Made by a program: the position numbers and the translations under genes. From the NCBI GenBank assembly GCA_030390025.1, contig CM059425.1, positions 176,454,001-176,518,000 of the forward strand: a stretch of 64,000 nucleotides of DNA. Direction: 5' to 3'. Shown one piece after another: positions 38,601 through 50,929 of this stretch (the stretch's first letter is position 1; each line of letters opens with the position of its first letter). The notes below the pieces were generated by a model that saw only the letters and a program-made list of their open reading frames with translations, did not search any database and was not told where the DNA came from. Source of the stretch: Squalus acanthias (Eukaryota).

Positions 38601-39752
38601 AAAGGCACATGGGATTGGGGGCAAGGTATTGACTTGGATAGAGAACTGGTTGGTGGACAGAAAGCAGAGAGTAGGAATTAATGGGTCTTTTTCCGAGTGG
38701 CAAGCAGTGACTAGTGGGGTACCGCAGGGATCGGTCCTTGGACCCCAGCTATGCACAATATACATTAATGATCTAGATAAGGGAACTAAATGTAATATCT
38801 CCAAGTTTGCAGATGACACAAAGCTGGGTGGGAGTGTGTGCTGCGAGGAGGATACACAGAAACTCCAGGATGATTTGGACAGGTTGGGTGAGTGGGCAGA
38901 AGCGTGGCAGATGCAATATAACGTGGATAAATGCAAGGTTATCCACTTTGGTATCAAAAACAGAAAGGCAGACTATTATCTGAATGGCAATAGATTGGGA
39001 GAAGGGGAAGTGCAACGAGACCTGGGTGTCCTTGTGCACCAGTCGCTGAAGGTAAGCATGCAGGTGCAGCAGGCGGTGAAGAAGGCAAATGGTATGTTGG
39101 CCTTCATAGCGAAAGGGTTTGAGTATAGGAACAGGGATGTCCTGCTGCAGTTGTACAGGGCCTTGGTGAGACCACACCTTGAGTACTGTGTGCAGTTTTG
39201 GTCACCTTATCTGAGGAAGGATGTTCTTGCCATGGAAGGAGTTCAGCGAAGATTCACAAGGCTGATACCTGGGATGGCAGGAATGACATATGAGGAGAGA
39301 TTGGGTCGATTGGGCCTATACTCGCTGGAGTATAGAAGAATGAGAGGGGATCTCATCGAAACATATAAAATTCTGACAGGTCTGGACAAACTAGATGCAG
39401 GAAGAATGTTCCCGATGGTCGGAGAGTCCAGAACCAGGGGTCATAATCTAAGGATAAGGGGTAAGCCATTTAGGACAGAAATGAGGAAGAATTTCTTCAC
39501 CCAGAGAGTGGCGAACCTGTGGAATTCTCTACCACAGAAGGTAGTTGAGGCCAAGTCATTAAATATATTCAAGAATGAGTTAGATATATTTCTTAAAGCT
39601 AAAGGTATCAAGGGATATGGGGAGAAGGCAGGTACAGGGTACTGAGTTTGGATGATCAGCCATGATCTCATCGAATGGCGGAGCAGGCTCGAGGGGCCGA
39701 ATGGCCTACGCCTGCTCCTATCTTCTATGTTTCTATGTCTATGTTTCTATGT
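38601..39752 (+). mobile_element. Young 5'-truncated CR1 nested in CR1
   Basis: Open 338-aa ORF2 C-terminus (38629-39645), 3' UTR and tail; host rejoins as LDL|FSLEQRR. Confidence 0.92.
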
Positions 39753-39853
39753 TTTCATTAGAGCAAAGGAGGTTGAGGGGTGATTTGATAGAGGTGTACA
39801 AGATTATGATGGGTTTGGATAGGCTTGACGGGAAAAGGCTGTTCGAACTAGTT

Positions 39854-40167
39854 CAAAAGCAAAATACTGCGGATGCTGGAAATCTGAAATAAAAACAGAA
39901 AATGCTGGAAATAATCAGCAGGTCAGGCAGCATCTGTGGAGAGAGAAACAGAGCTAACGTTTCAGGTCGATGACCTTCGTCAGAACTGGAAAAAGTTGCA
40001 GATGGAACAGGTTTTTAAGCAAGTGTAGGGTTAGGGAAAGCGGGGAGGGGAGGAAAGAACAAAAGGGAAGGTCTGTGATAAGATGGAAGGCAGGAGAGAT
40101 TAAGAGACAAAAGGGATGATGGTGCAAGGCAAGAGGAGATGGAAATGGGACAAGTTAAGAAACAAAA
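39854..40167 (-). mobile_element. Penelope-like terminal fragment nested in CR1
   Basis: Close match to 25700-26020; TSD gttcgaactagtt / gttcccactagtt (11/13). Confidence 0.88.
39952..39987 (-). ncRNA. Minimal hammerhead ribozyme motif, canonical core
   Basis: AGTT-CTGACGA-AGGTC-ATC-GACCT-GAAA-CG-TT-AGCT. Confidence 0.75.
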
Positions 40168-40211
40168 GTTCCCACTAGTTGATGGTACAAGGACTAGGGC
40201 ACACAGATTTA

Positions 40212-40836
40212 GGGGGAGAAATTCGGTTGCTTTGTGCCTCCCATTAGCGCCCTAAGAGGTGACGTCATCGGCGTACGCAGTGCCCTGCTCGCGCCCTGGC
40301 CACGATCTTCGGTAGTGCCCCCTGACTTACCGCCGGACGCTATGTCCAACGGGGTCAGGGGGACCTACCTGCGGCCGGGGCAGCGCTATTTAAAGGCGAG
40401 GTGCCTGGCGGCCATTTTTGTTGCTGGCTGCCTGCCAGCACCTGCCTCCGCTGCCGTCCCCGGTTCCCTGACCCACCCCCACCCCCGCAGAGTGCCGGCC
40501 GCACTCCATGAGCCCGGCACTTCTCTTCAGTGCCAGGCTCTTGTGCTGGCACTTCGATCCCTGGTGGCCCAGCTTGGTCCCGGGTCGCGCTGCGCAAGGC
40601 CCCTCCCCTTTAAGAAGAGGAAGAAGGCCTGCAATACCGCGGCGCGACTTGCCGCAGCGCGTGGTGCTGCGGCACATAGCGCCACAATATTCCCTCGCAG
40701 CGCCCCAAGAGGGAGGCGGGGCACTTCCAGTAGCGCCCGCTTCCCTTTTGGGATGCTAACACTCAATTTCGGCCGCTAAAAGTAGTGCCCTGGCGAAGTT
40801 GGTGCCCCAAAGGGGACGCGACTCAATTTTTCCCCC
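40212..40836. mobile_element. Young CpG-rich Harbinger/Tourist-type MITE
   Basis: TIRs gggggagaaatt / aatttttccccc (11/12); TSD TTA; removal restores CR1 HRFRALGKR. Confidence 0.9.
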
Positions 40837-42864
40837 TTAGGGCTTTGGGCAAGAGATACGGGGGGATGTGAGGAAAAACTTTTTACGCAGCGAGTGGTGA
40901 TGACCTGGAATTCGCTGCTGACGGAAGTGGTGGAAGCGGCGACACTCAATGTTTTCAAGGGGAGACTGGATAGGCACTTGAGGGAAATGAACTTGCAGGG
41001 CTACGGGGATAGAGCGGGGGAATGGGACTGACTGGATTGCTCTGCAGAGAGCTAGCACGGACTTGATGGGCTGAATGGCCTCCTTCTGTGCCGTTATTAC
41101 TCTATGACTCTATGACTCCTGCATGTTGAATACCACTTGCACGAAGCACTGAGGGTAGCAAGGGCACAGAATGTACTCTGGGTGGGAGAATTCCCTGTCC
41201 ATCAATGAGTGTGGCTCGGTAGCACCACTACTGACTGAGCTGGCCGAGTCCTGAAGGACGTAACTGCCAGATTGGGCCTGCACCAGGAGGTGAGCGAACC
41301 AACACAAGGGAAAAAATTACTTGACCTCATCGTCATCAATCTACCTGTCACAGATGCATCTGTCCATGACAGCATTGGTAGCAGTGACCACCGCACAGTC
41401 CTTGTGAAGACGAAGTCCCCTCTTCACACTGACGACACCCTTCAATATGTTGTGTGGCACTACCACCATGCTAAATGGGATAGATTGAGAACAGATCTAG
41501 CAGCTCAAAACTGGGCATCCATGAGGCGCTGTGGCCATCAGCAGCAGCAGAATTGTATTCCACCACAATCTGTAACCTCATGGCCTGGCATATCCTCACT
41601 CTACCATTACCATCAAACCAGGGGACCAACCCTGGTTCAATGAGGAGTGTAGTAGAGCATGCTAGGAGCAGCACCAGGCATACCTTAAAATTAAGTGCCA
41701 ACCTGAGGAAGCTGCAACACAGGACTACATGCATGCTAAATAGCAGAAGCAGCATGCTATAGACAGAGCTAAGTGATCCCACAATCAACAGATCAGATAA
41801 AAGCTCTGCAGTCCTGCCACATCCAGTCGTGAATGGTGGTGGACAAATAAACAACTAACAAGAGGAGGAGGCTCCATGAACATCCCCATCCTCAATGATG
41901 GCGGAGCCCAGCACGTGAATACAAAAGACAAGGCTGAAGCGTTTGCAGCCATCTTCAGCCAGAAGTGCCGAGTAGATGATCATCTTAGCCTCCTACTGAG
42001 GCCCCCAGCATCACAGAAGCCAGTATTCAGCCAATTCAATTCACTCCACGTGATATCAAGGGACAGCTGACCTCACTGGATACAGCAAAGGCTATGGGCC
42101 CCGACAACATCCCGGCTATAGTCCTGAAGACTTGTGTTTCAGAACTATCTGCGCCTCTAGCCAAGCTGTTCCAGTACAGCGACAACACTGGCATCTACCC
42201 GACAAAGTGGAAAATTTCCCAGGCATGTCAAGTCCACAACAAACAGGACAAATCCAATCCGGCCAATTACTATCAGTCTACTCTCAATCATCAGCAAAGT
42301 GATGGAAGATGTCGTCGACAGTGCTATCAAGCAGCACTTACTCACCAATAACCTGCTCACATTTACCCAGTTTCGGTTCCGCCAAGACCACTCGGCTCCA
42401 GACCTCATTACAGACTTGGTCCAAACATGAACAAAGGAGCTGAATTCCATAGGTGAGGTGAGAGTGACTGCCCTTGACATCAAGGCAGCATTTGACCGAG
42501 TGTGGCATCAAGGAGCCCTAATAAAATTGAAGTCAATGGGAATCAGGGGGAAAACTCTCCACTGGCTGGAGTCTTATCTATCACAAAGGAAGATGGTTGT
42601 GGTTGTTGGAGGCCAATCATCTCAGCCCCAGGACATCTCTGCAGAGGTCCTCAGGCCAGTGTCCTAGGCCCAACCATCTTTAGCTGCTTCATCAATGACC
42701 TTCCCTCCATCATAAAGTCAGAAGTTGGAATGTTCGCTGATGATTACGCAGTGTTCAGTTCCATTTGCATCTCCTCAGATAATGAAGCAGTCTGTGTGCG
42801 CAGTGCAGCAAGACCTGGATGACATTCAGGCTTAGGCTGATAAGTGGCAAGTAACATTCCCACC

Positions 42865-43994
42865 TTCTTCTTCTTAGGCAGTCACTCGGAACCGAGGATG
42901 ACTTGCTTCCACATTAAAAATGAGTTCGCAGGTGACTGATGAGTCCAATGCGGGACCTACAGTCTCTGTCACAGGTGGGGCAGACGGAGGTTGAAGGGGC
43001 GTGTGGGTGGGGTGCTTGGGTTGATGTGCGCTCCTTGCGCTGGCTGTGCTTGGCTTCCACTTGCTCCTGGCGAAGAGACTCGAGGTGTTCGGCGCTTTCC
43101 TGGATGCTTCTCATCCACTTTGTGCAGTCTTGGGCCAGGGATTCCCAGGTGTCGGTGGGGATGTTACACTTTTTCAAGGAGGCTTTGAGGGTGTCCTTGA
43201 AGCGTTTCCTCTGCCCACCTGGGGCTCTCTTGCCGTGCCGAAGCTCCGAGTAGAGTGCTTGTTTTGGGAGTCTCGTATCGGGCATGCGGACAATGTGACC
43301 CGTCCATCGGAGCTGATCGAGCGTGGTCAAAGCTTCGATGCTGGGGATGTTGGCCTGAGCAAGAACACTGACGTTGGTGCGCCTATCCTGCTAATGGATT
43401 TGCAGGATCTTGCAGAGGCAGCGTTGGTGGTACCTCTCCAGTGCTTTGAGGTGCCTGCTGTACATGGTCCATGTCTCTGAGGCATACAGCAGAGCGTGTA
43501 TCACTGCTGCTCTATAGACCATGAGCTTAGTGCCGGGTTTGAGGTCCTGGTCTTCAAACACTCTCTTCCTCAGGCGACCGAAGGCTGCACTGGCACACTG
43601 AAGGCGGTATTGGACTTCGTCATCGACGTCTAAATTGTTGACAGTAGGCTCCCGAGGTATGGAAAGTGGTCCACGTTGTCCAAGGCCTTGTTGTGGATTT
43701 TGATAATCGGGGGGGCAGTACTGTGTGGCGGGAGCAGGTTGGTAGAGGACCTTTGTCTTACGGATGTTTAGTGTAAGGCCCATGCTCTCGTACGCTTCGG
43801 TGAAGGCGTTGACGATGGTTTGGAGTTTGACCTCCAAGTGAGCGCAGACGCAAGCGTCGTCTGCATACTGTAATTCGACGACAGAGGATGGGACGACCTT
43901 GGATCTGGACTGGAGGCGACGGAGGTTGAACGGTTTCCCGTTTGTTCTGTAAATTAGCTCCACTCCAGCAGGGAGCTTACTGATGGTGAGATGA
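42865..43994 (-). mobile_element. 5'-truncated RTE-clade LINE
   Basis: ELQYADD, LYASETWT, RLPKQALYSEL, CPTCDRDCRSRIGLISHLRTH; (aag)n tail; 99-bp flanking duplication. Confidence 0.92.
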
Positions 43995-45894
43995 TGCATC
44001 TCCTCAGATAATGAAGCAGTCTGTGTGCGCAGTTCAGCAAGACCTGGATGACATTCAGGCTTAGGCTGATAAGTGGCAAGTAACATTCCCGCCACACAAG
44101 TGCCAGGCAATGACTATCTCCAACAAGAGAGAGTCTAACCACCTCCCCTTGACATTCAGCGGCATTACCATCATTGAATCCTCCACCATCAACATCCTGG
44201 GGGGTCACCATTGATCAGAAACTTAACTGGACCAGCCATATAAATACTGTGGCAACAAGAGCAGGTCAGAGGCTGGGTATTCTGCGGCAAGTGACTCGCC
44301 TCCTGACTCCACAAAGCCTTTCCACCATCTACAAGGCACAAGTCAGGAGTGTGATGGAATACTCTCCACTTGCCTGGATGAGTGCAGCTCCAACAACACT
44401 CAAGAAGCTCGACACCATCCAGGACAAAGCAGCCCACTTGATTGGCACCCCATCCACCACTTCAAACATTCACTCCCTCCACCACCAGCGCACCGTGGCT
44501 GCAGTGTGCATCATGTACAAGATGCACTGCAGCAACTCACCAAGGCTTCTTCGACAGCACCTCCCAAACCCACAACCTCTACCACCTAGAAGGACAAGGG
44601 CAGCAGGCGCATGGGAACACCACCACCTCCAAGTTCTCTTCCAAGTCACACATGATCCTGACTTGGAAATATATTGCTGTTCCTTTATCGTTGCTGTGTC
44701 AAAATCCTGGAAATCCCTAGCTAACAGCACTGTGGGAGAACCTTCACTTCATGGACTGCAGCGGTTCAAGAAGGCGGCTCACCACCACCTTCTCAAGGGC
44801 AATTAGGGATAGGCAATAAATGCTGGCCTTGCCAGCAATGCCCATATCTCGTGAATGAATAATAAAAAGAATTTTCCAGAGAGTGGAAGATTCCAATCTA
44901 TTCAACACCATTCAATTCTCCGCTGCTAACTCATCTTAATGAGCAATCCCATCAACTTAAATACTCTTTGGGTGCTGGGATTTGTTGAATTTTGATAATT
45001 AACACTTGGATTTAAGAATAACTGGATGTCATACACATAACTGAACCAATCACACAGTGTGTATTTGAAATATGTGGTTTGTTTCGTCTCAAGCCTGTAA
45101 CCTTGAAAACCAACCAACAAGCTTCACAACATATTTATTGCTATAGATCGGGATAGTGCTGTGTGCTTTTGAACTCATTTTTATTGTGACTGAATAAAAG
45201 GGACAGATTCTAGATTAAAACAAGATAGAACTTCATCTTATCTGCAGCCTCTGTCCATGCTGCTTGCGCCTGTGCTTTAACAGGTGGGTGGGCTCCAGTG
45301 TAAGATAGAAACATAACGAACTGTCCTTTACTGGCAAGCAGTAGCCCTTTAAATGCCCAACTGGGGCACGTTTCCATATACAGGGAGCCACAGGTGAGCA
45401 CAACCCTGGTTTTGCTGTTCCTGCAAAATCAGGGCCCGCATTTCATAGAGACAGGATCCAAGTTTCTGAAGTGCTTGGAAGCTTTATTTTCTAATATTAT
45501 TTCTAAATCTGATTTTACTTAATTAGCACAACTGATCTCACTTATATAAATTGATTACATTCTTCAGGTTTCTTAAGAAAAGACAGTTTGTGGTGGTTAT
45601 TTATTTGTATGAATATAAGTGGATTATAATATTTAGAAAGCAAGACAGCAGTGAAGTAAAACTAAATTACCTTCAATTTGATTTGGAGAATTCAACTTTA
45701 GATGTAACCATTAAAGGAAAATGTAATTTCAAAAGAAAGCACTGACCAATTCAGACAATTACTGGCATGATGATTCATAGTGCTTTGCAAAATCTTTTGG
45801 ATAATTACTTAAGTCAGTACTTTATCAATAATTTACATGTATGCATGAAATGCTAAACTTGCATTGAAAATAATGGGGGAATGTGAAGTTTATC

Positions 45895-47240
45895 CCTGTC
45901 GAGCTCATCTTGTCCATGAGACCCACTTCCTGCTCCCTCAACCCTATTCCCACTAAACTGCTGACCACCCAACTTTCTTGTCTGGCTCCCATGTTCGTTG
46001 ATATTGGTAACGGTTCTCTCTCATCAGGTACTGTTCCTCTCCTTCAAATCTGCCGTCATCACCCATCTCCTCAAAAAAACAACTCCTGACCCCTCCGTCC
46101 TTGCAAACTACCACTCATCTCCAACCTTCCTTTCCTCTCCAAAGTCCTTGAACGTGTTGTCGCCTCCCAAATTCATGCCCATCTTTCCCAGAAATCCATG
46201 CTTGCATGCCTCCAATCAAGTTTCCACCCCTGCCACAGTACTGAAACGGCTCTTATCAAAGTCACAAATGACATCCTATGTGACTGCGACAAAGGTAAAC
46301 CTATCACTCCTCATCCTTCTCGACCTGTCTGCAGCCTTGGACATGGCTGACCACTCCATTCTCCTCCAACGCCTCTCCACCGTCGTCCAGCTGGGTGAGA
46401 CTGCACTCGCCTGGTTCCATTCTTATCTATCTAATCGTAACCAGAGAATCACCTGCAATGGCTTCTCTTCCCGATCCCGCACCGTTACCTCTGGTGTCCA
46501 CTAAGCATCTATCTTTGGCCCCCTCCTATTTCTCATCTACATGCTGCCCCTCAGCGACATCATCCGAAAACACAGCATCAGTTTCCACATGTACGCTGAC
46601 GACACCCAGCTCTACCTCACTACCACCTCTCTCAACCCCTCCACGGTATCTAAATTGTCAGACTGCTTGTCCAACATCCAGTACTGGATGAGCAGAAATT
46701 TCCTCCAACTAAATATTGGGAAGACCGAAGCCATTGTCTTTGGTCTCCGCCACGAACTCCATTCCCTGGCCAACCACTCCATCCCTGTCCCTGGCAACTG
46801 TCTGAGGCTGAACCAGATTGTTTGCAACTTTGGTGTCGTATTTGACCCTGAGATGAGCTTCCGACCACATATCTACGCCATCACTAAGACAGCCTATTTC
46901 CACCTCCGGAACATCGCCCGACTCCATCCCTGCCTCAGCTCATCTGCTGCTGAAACCCTCATCCATGCCTTTGTTACTTCTAGACATGACTATTTCAACG
47001 CACTGCTGGCTGGCCTTCTATATTCTACCCTACGTAAACTTGAGGTCATCCCCAACACTGCTGCCCGTATCCTAACTCACACCAAGTCCCGTTCATCCAT
47101 CACCCCGTGCTCGCTGACCTACATTGGCTCCCGGTTAAGCAACGCCTCGATTTTAAAATTCTCATCCTTGTTTTCAAATCCCTCCATGGCCTCGCCCCTC
47201 CCTATCTCTGTAATCTCCTCCAGCCCCACAACTCCCCCGA
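45895..47240 (+). mobile_element. L2 LINE ORF2 fragment
   Basis: LLDLSAALDMADH, HMYADDTQLY, LQLNIGKTE, LIHAFVTSR; frameshifted. Confidence 0.88.
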
Positions 47241-48107
47241 CTGTTTAAGCTCTGAGCAGCACTGCTGTGCAATACAATAGTCACCTGGAATCATTCACAC
47301 TGGTCAGTCGGTTATAGTGATCATTTAAGTTATTCGCCAAAGTAATTATTGTAACTCCGAAATTCCTGATATGGGGCAGGGAGTAAGTCTATAATTGTGC
47401 CTTTGTGGGGCCAGGAACTTGGGCCAGGCCTGATGTTTGCCAGGGTTCTGCTTCAGAAATGCATAAATTCCATTGAGTTTCAGGGTGCACTGAAAAAGTG
47501 CCATCCTCCCAGACGCAACCAAGTGTAAACTACAGTTAGCATGGGATGACTTCCATCTTTGAGAATGTCTACCCCTATGTGAAAGGCACAGTTTGCCAGG
47601 ACCTGCTTATCAAGTCACAAATACATAGTTAATGGGAAACCTGTGTGGCTTGCACCACAGCACCACAAGGAATGGGAGGCCTGTAACTACAGTGTGACAG
47701 ATGGTTAGGTGCTTCCGTACCTTTCATTGTTTTTCACCATTATAGTGTTTACATTGAAAGTGTTACTCAAAAATCATGACAACAGGAAGTATGAATGGTG
47801 GACAGGAAGTATCGGCAGTTGCAAGACTCTTAAAAATATATAGATATGCCCATCTCCATGACAAAACAAGCTACTGGGCACTAAATGAAACATTTGTTTA
47901 TTGTGCTTAATATTTCTATATATTGTTTATTCAATCCTGATATCTAATTATAGGCTCTAATAATGACAGCGAGGTAGGACAATCTGTGTGGCTTTTAGAG
48001 CGATGGACAGCATTGTAGAGATTATAAAAATAAATGAACAAATTGCCGAAAGTTACAGACCAAGAGAATGACCTATTAAAAAGAAAAAGCTAAAAGATAG
48101 ACACAAA

Positions 48108-49901
48108 GGCTGCGATTTTGCCGGCGCTCAGAGTGCGGGTTTGGAGGCAGGTCTGCTGTCAAAATCAAAATGATTGACAGTGGGTTGGGAGCCCGCTCCG
48201 AACCCGCCTCCATGTAAGTTTCCAAAGTGACGGGTCTGCGATTTCAGAACAGACCCGACACCAAGCGGCGGGGGAGGGATTTAAGATAGTTAAATGCTTG
48301 TTAAACGCTTGTTAACTACTATTTTGCCAGCCTATTTCTATTTTCCCACTTTTTTAATGGGGTTCACATCGTTTGGAGATCACGTCAGGTAAGTAGGTCG
48401 GGTTCTCTATCTTTCCCCATTGCTGTGAATAGGTGACAGCTGCAAATGTGGTATGAAAGCTACCATTTCACAGCTGGTCACTTTCCAATGTCAGAAGCTT
48501 GAGCCTTCAGGACTTGGAAGACACTTTTGAGCTGTATGCAGTTTGGAAGTATTTGGAGTAAACTCTCTATCCACTGTCACCTCCTTGGAGCAAACTCTCT
48601 CACCATTGACAGATCGCTTCTGTCATCTCAACTTCAGCTGCCATGTATTCCAGCAACATTGGTGCCCTTGAAAAAATCTCACCTTGATCCTCTGAATCCC
48701 TCCATGATCAGCCCCAACACCAACATCAACAGGCACACCAACATCACCAACAACAATACCAACCTTCTCCGCAATCACCTGATGCTGCACAGGACACGGC
48801 ATCAGCATCTGACAACATTGTTGCCCGGGAGGCCAGGGATGGCATCACCATGGCCAGATTTAATTCACTTGATGCTGTACACCCTGGCTGCCACATGATG
48901 TGCCAGGTTGACACCACCCCACACCAGCACCATAAAGCATCCTTATAATGTCCAAGCCATTCCTTTCACACTCATCACAATTGGGCGGGGTGGTGGGGGG
49001 TGAGTTATGTCTCAACATTCACTGGAACTCACTAAGTCACTTCCAAAGGTGAGCACAGATCTGTCCAATAAGGTAAAGTGTTGAAAATATAGATTTCAGT
49101 GTTTGACAACACATTAACAAAAACTTCACATGAACATTGGCTAAACCACCCAGGTGCCTACCCTTGTGTGTTGTTAGTTGGTATGATTGCACTAGGATGA
49201 GGGCGAGTGTGAGGGGTGGCTAGTGAGATGGGGAAGTGATAATGTAGATAGAGAGGGATGGGTGGAGGTGCAAGGTAAGTTGGTGTGAGTAAAGATGTGT
49301 AGGAGTAGGGTAGGGAAGGCAGAGTGATGTGGATGTGATGAGTGGCACAGCAGGATGAGGTTGAGTGTGGCTTTGCAGTAACTTTCCGTGATCTGCTCAG
49401 ATCATTGAAAGGTTTGCGCCACTGCAGCCTGGTCCTCCTGATGATATCCCTGCTTGTGCCATCCTGTGCAATGTGCAACCAGGCTGCATTGATCTCCTGG
49501 GGAGGTCTCTTCCGCCTATGGGAAGGGAAGAGACCTCTGTGTGCTGTGACTCCCTCCATAAGCATATGGAAGGAGTCATGCGAGAGCCTGGGTGCAGCCG
49601 TGCACCTTTGTGCAGTGCTTGTCGGTGTTTGCAGCACCTCAATGCTGTAGAACACTGACAGAACAACTGTCAAGATCAATTTGGCCATGGCGCCTTTAAG
49701 GAAACCTGCTGATGACGCGTCATCAAATGACGTCATCAGACCCGCTTCCAATTAATTGGCCGGGAACCTCGCAGGGAGGGCTTAACAAGCCCAATCAACG
49801 AAAAATCGCTTGGAGAGTGCAGGCTGCAGTAGGCAGCAGGCTGGGACCCCGACACCGACCCCGGCCGCCCTGGACTTGCCTCGGTCGGCAAAATCACAGC
49901 C
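48108..49901. mobile_element. Internally deleted non-autonomous Harbinger related to 15272-19449
   Basis: TIRs ggctgcgattttgccg / cggcaaaatcacagcc (15/16); TSD AAA; keeps both transposase ends and Myb exon 1. Confidence 0.9.
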
Positions 49902-49904
49902 AAA

Positions 49905-50583
49905 GACCTACAAATTCGAGAGCGCCAATTTTCCCGCTGCGCAGGGTCAATACCCTGTGGCAGAATTCAGACATCTGAGGAGCCCCAGACATTGGGCCTT
50001 GAACCTCATTACCATGAGGCAAGTGTTGCAGGAGGAGCTGTCCAGAATGACGGAACACAGTGGCCCTTAGGTAAGTGAGGGACCACGAGCCTCGAGGTGG
50101 GGGATCGGTGATTGCAGGTCCTGGGTGGGGGAGAGGATCGGTGGCCAGGTCGGCGGAGAGGGAGGTCAGGGGGCGTGGAGGGGTCAGGGCCGGGGGATGA
50201 TCGGAGGCTGGGGTCAGGGCCTTGAGGTCGGCGGGTTGGGGATCTCAGAGCCTGGGGGGCCGGCAGCAGCAGCGATCAGATGGCACTTTACAGGTAAGTA
50301 ACTTACCTTTTTTTTTGCAGCCATTTCTTTAGGGCTGGCGTTGCCTCGGGGCAAACCAATGTTGCAGCGGGGACCTGAAGCAGCCATTGGGTCCCTTATT
50401 TGCATATGCAAACTGTTTAACGCCTGCTTCAGGCGTGGGTAAACGATATCTCTTGTTTGTCCTTACACAATATGGCGGTCAGCGGACTCCCAAGCAGAAA
50501 TGTGTGCACACTTCTTGCCCACCATTTGGGGCCTTAGGAGGCTGTGTAGCGCCTGAAAAATTACACGGCCCAATTTGTAGGCC
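49905..50583. mobile_element. MITE directly abutting the deleted Harbinger
   Basis: TIRs gacctacaaatt / aatttgtaggcc (11/12); flanks AAA / AGA. Confidence 0.75.
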
Positions 50584-50929
50584 AGAATGTTAGAGCAGGA
50601 TTGGATGATCCAATGATGACATTGCAACAGTGCATATTCCAATGCTGATATCTAACGATAATTGATTGAGATTTAGTATTAGTTTGTTCATTCGTTTGAA
50701 ATATTAATTTTCTTATTCGCCATGTACATTGCTGTTATTTGTAGTTTGATATGAACACCTGATATGAAGGATTTCCTTGAGTTTACTGAATGTAACAGAC
50801 TGTTGCTAATTAAGAATTAGTGAACTAAGAAACCAATTTTACTAATCTTTTGGAGCTGGTGAGGGACTGTTTTTGTCATTATGAGAAATATAAGAAAAAA
50901 ATGTATTCCCATTCGCTATGTTATAATAT

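Larger units (their letters stand above)
37924..41114 (+). mobile_element. 5'-truncated CR1 nested in the LINE, itself interrupted four times
   Basis: ISKFHDDTKLGG ... RKNFFTQRVV; tail (actctatg)n; TSD actcctg at 37917-37923 and 41115-41121. Confidence 0.88.
37557..44868 (+). mobile_element. Second Zenon-like LINE copy (head missing); host of five nested insertions plus an RTE
   Basis: Own segments 37557-37923, 41122-42864, 44094-44868; colinear with the reverse complement of 22358-25215. Confidence 0.9.

Noticed and set aside
40234..40779. ORFs and a CTCF-like motif (agtgccccctgac) in the CpG-rich MITE
   Set aside because: ORFs reflect GC content; the motif matches only part of the CTCF consensus.
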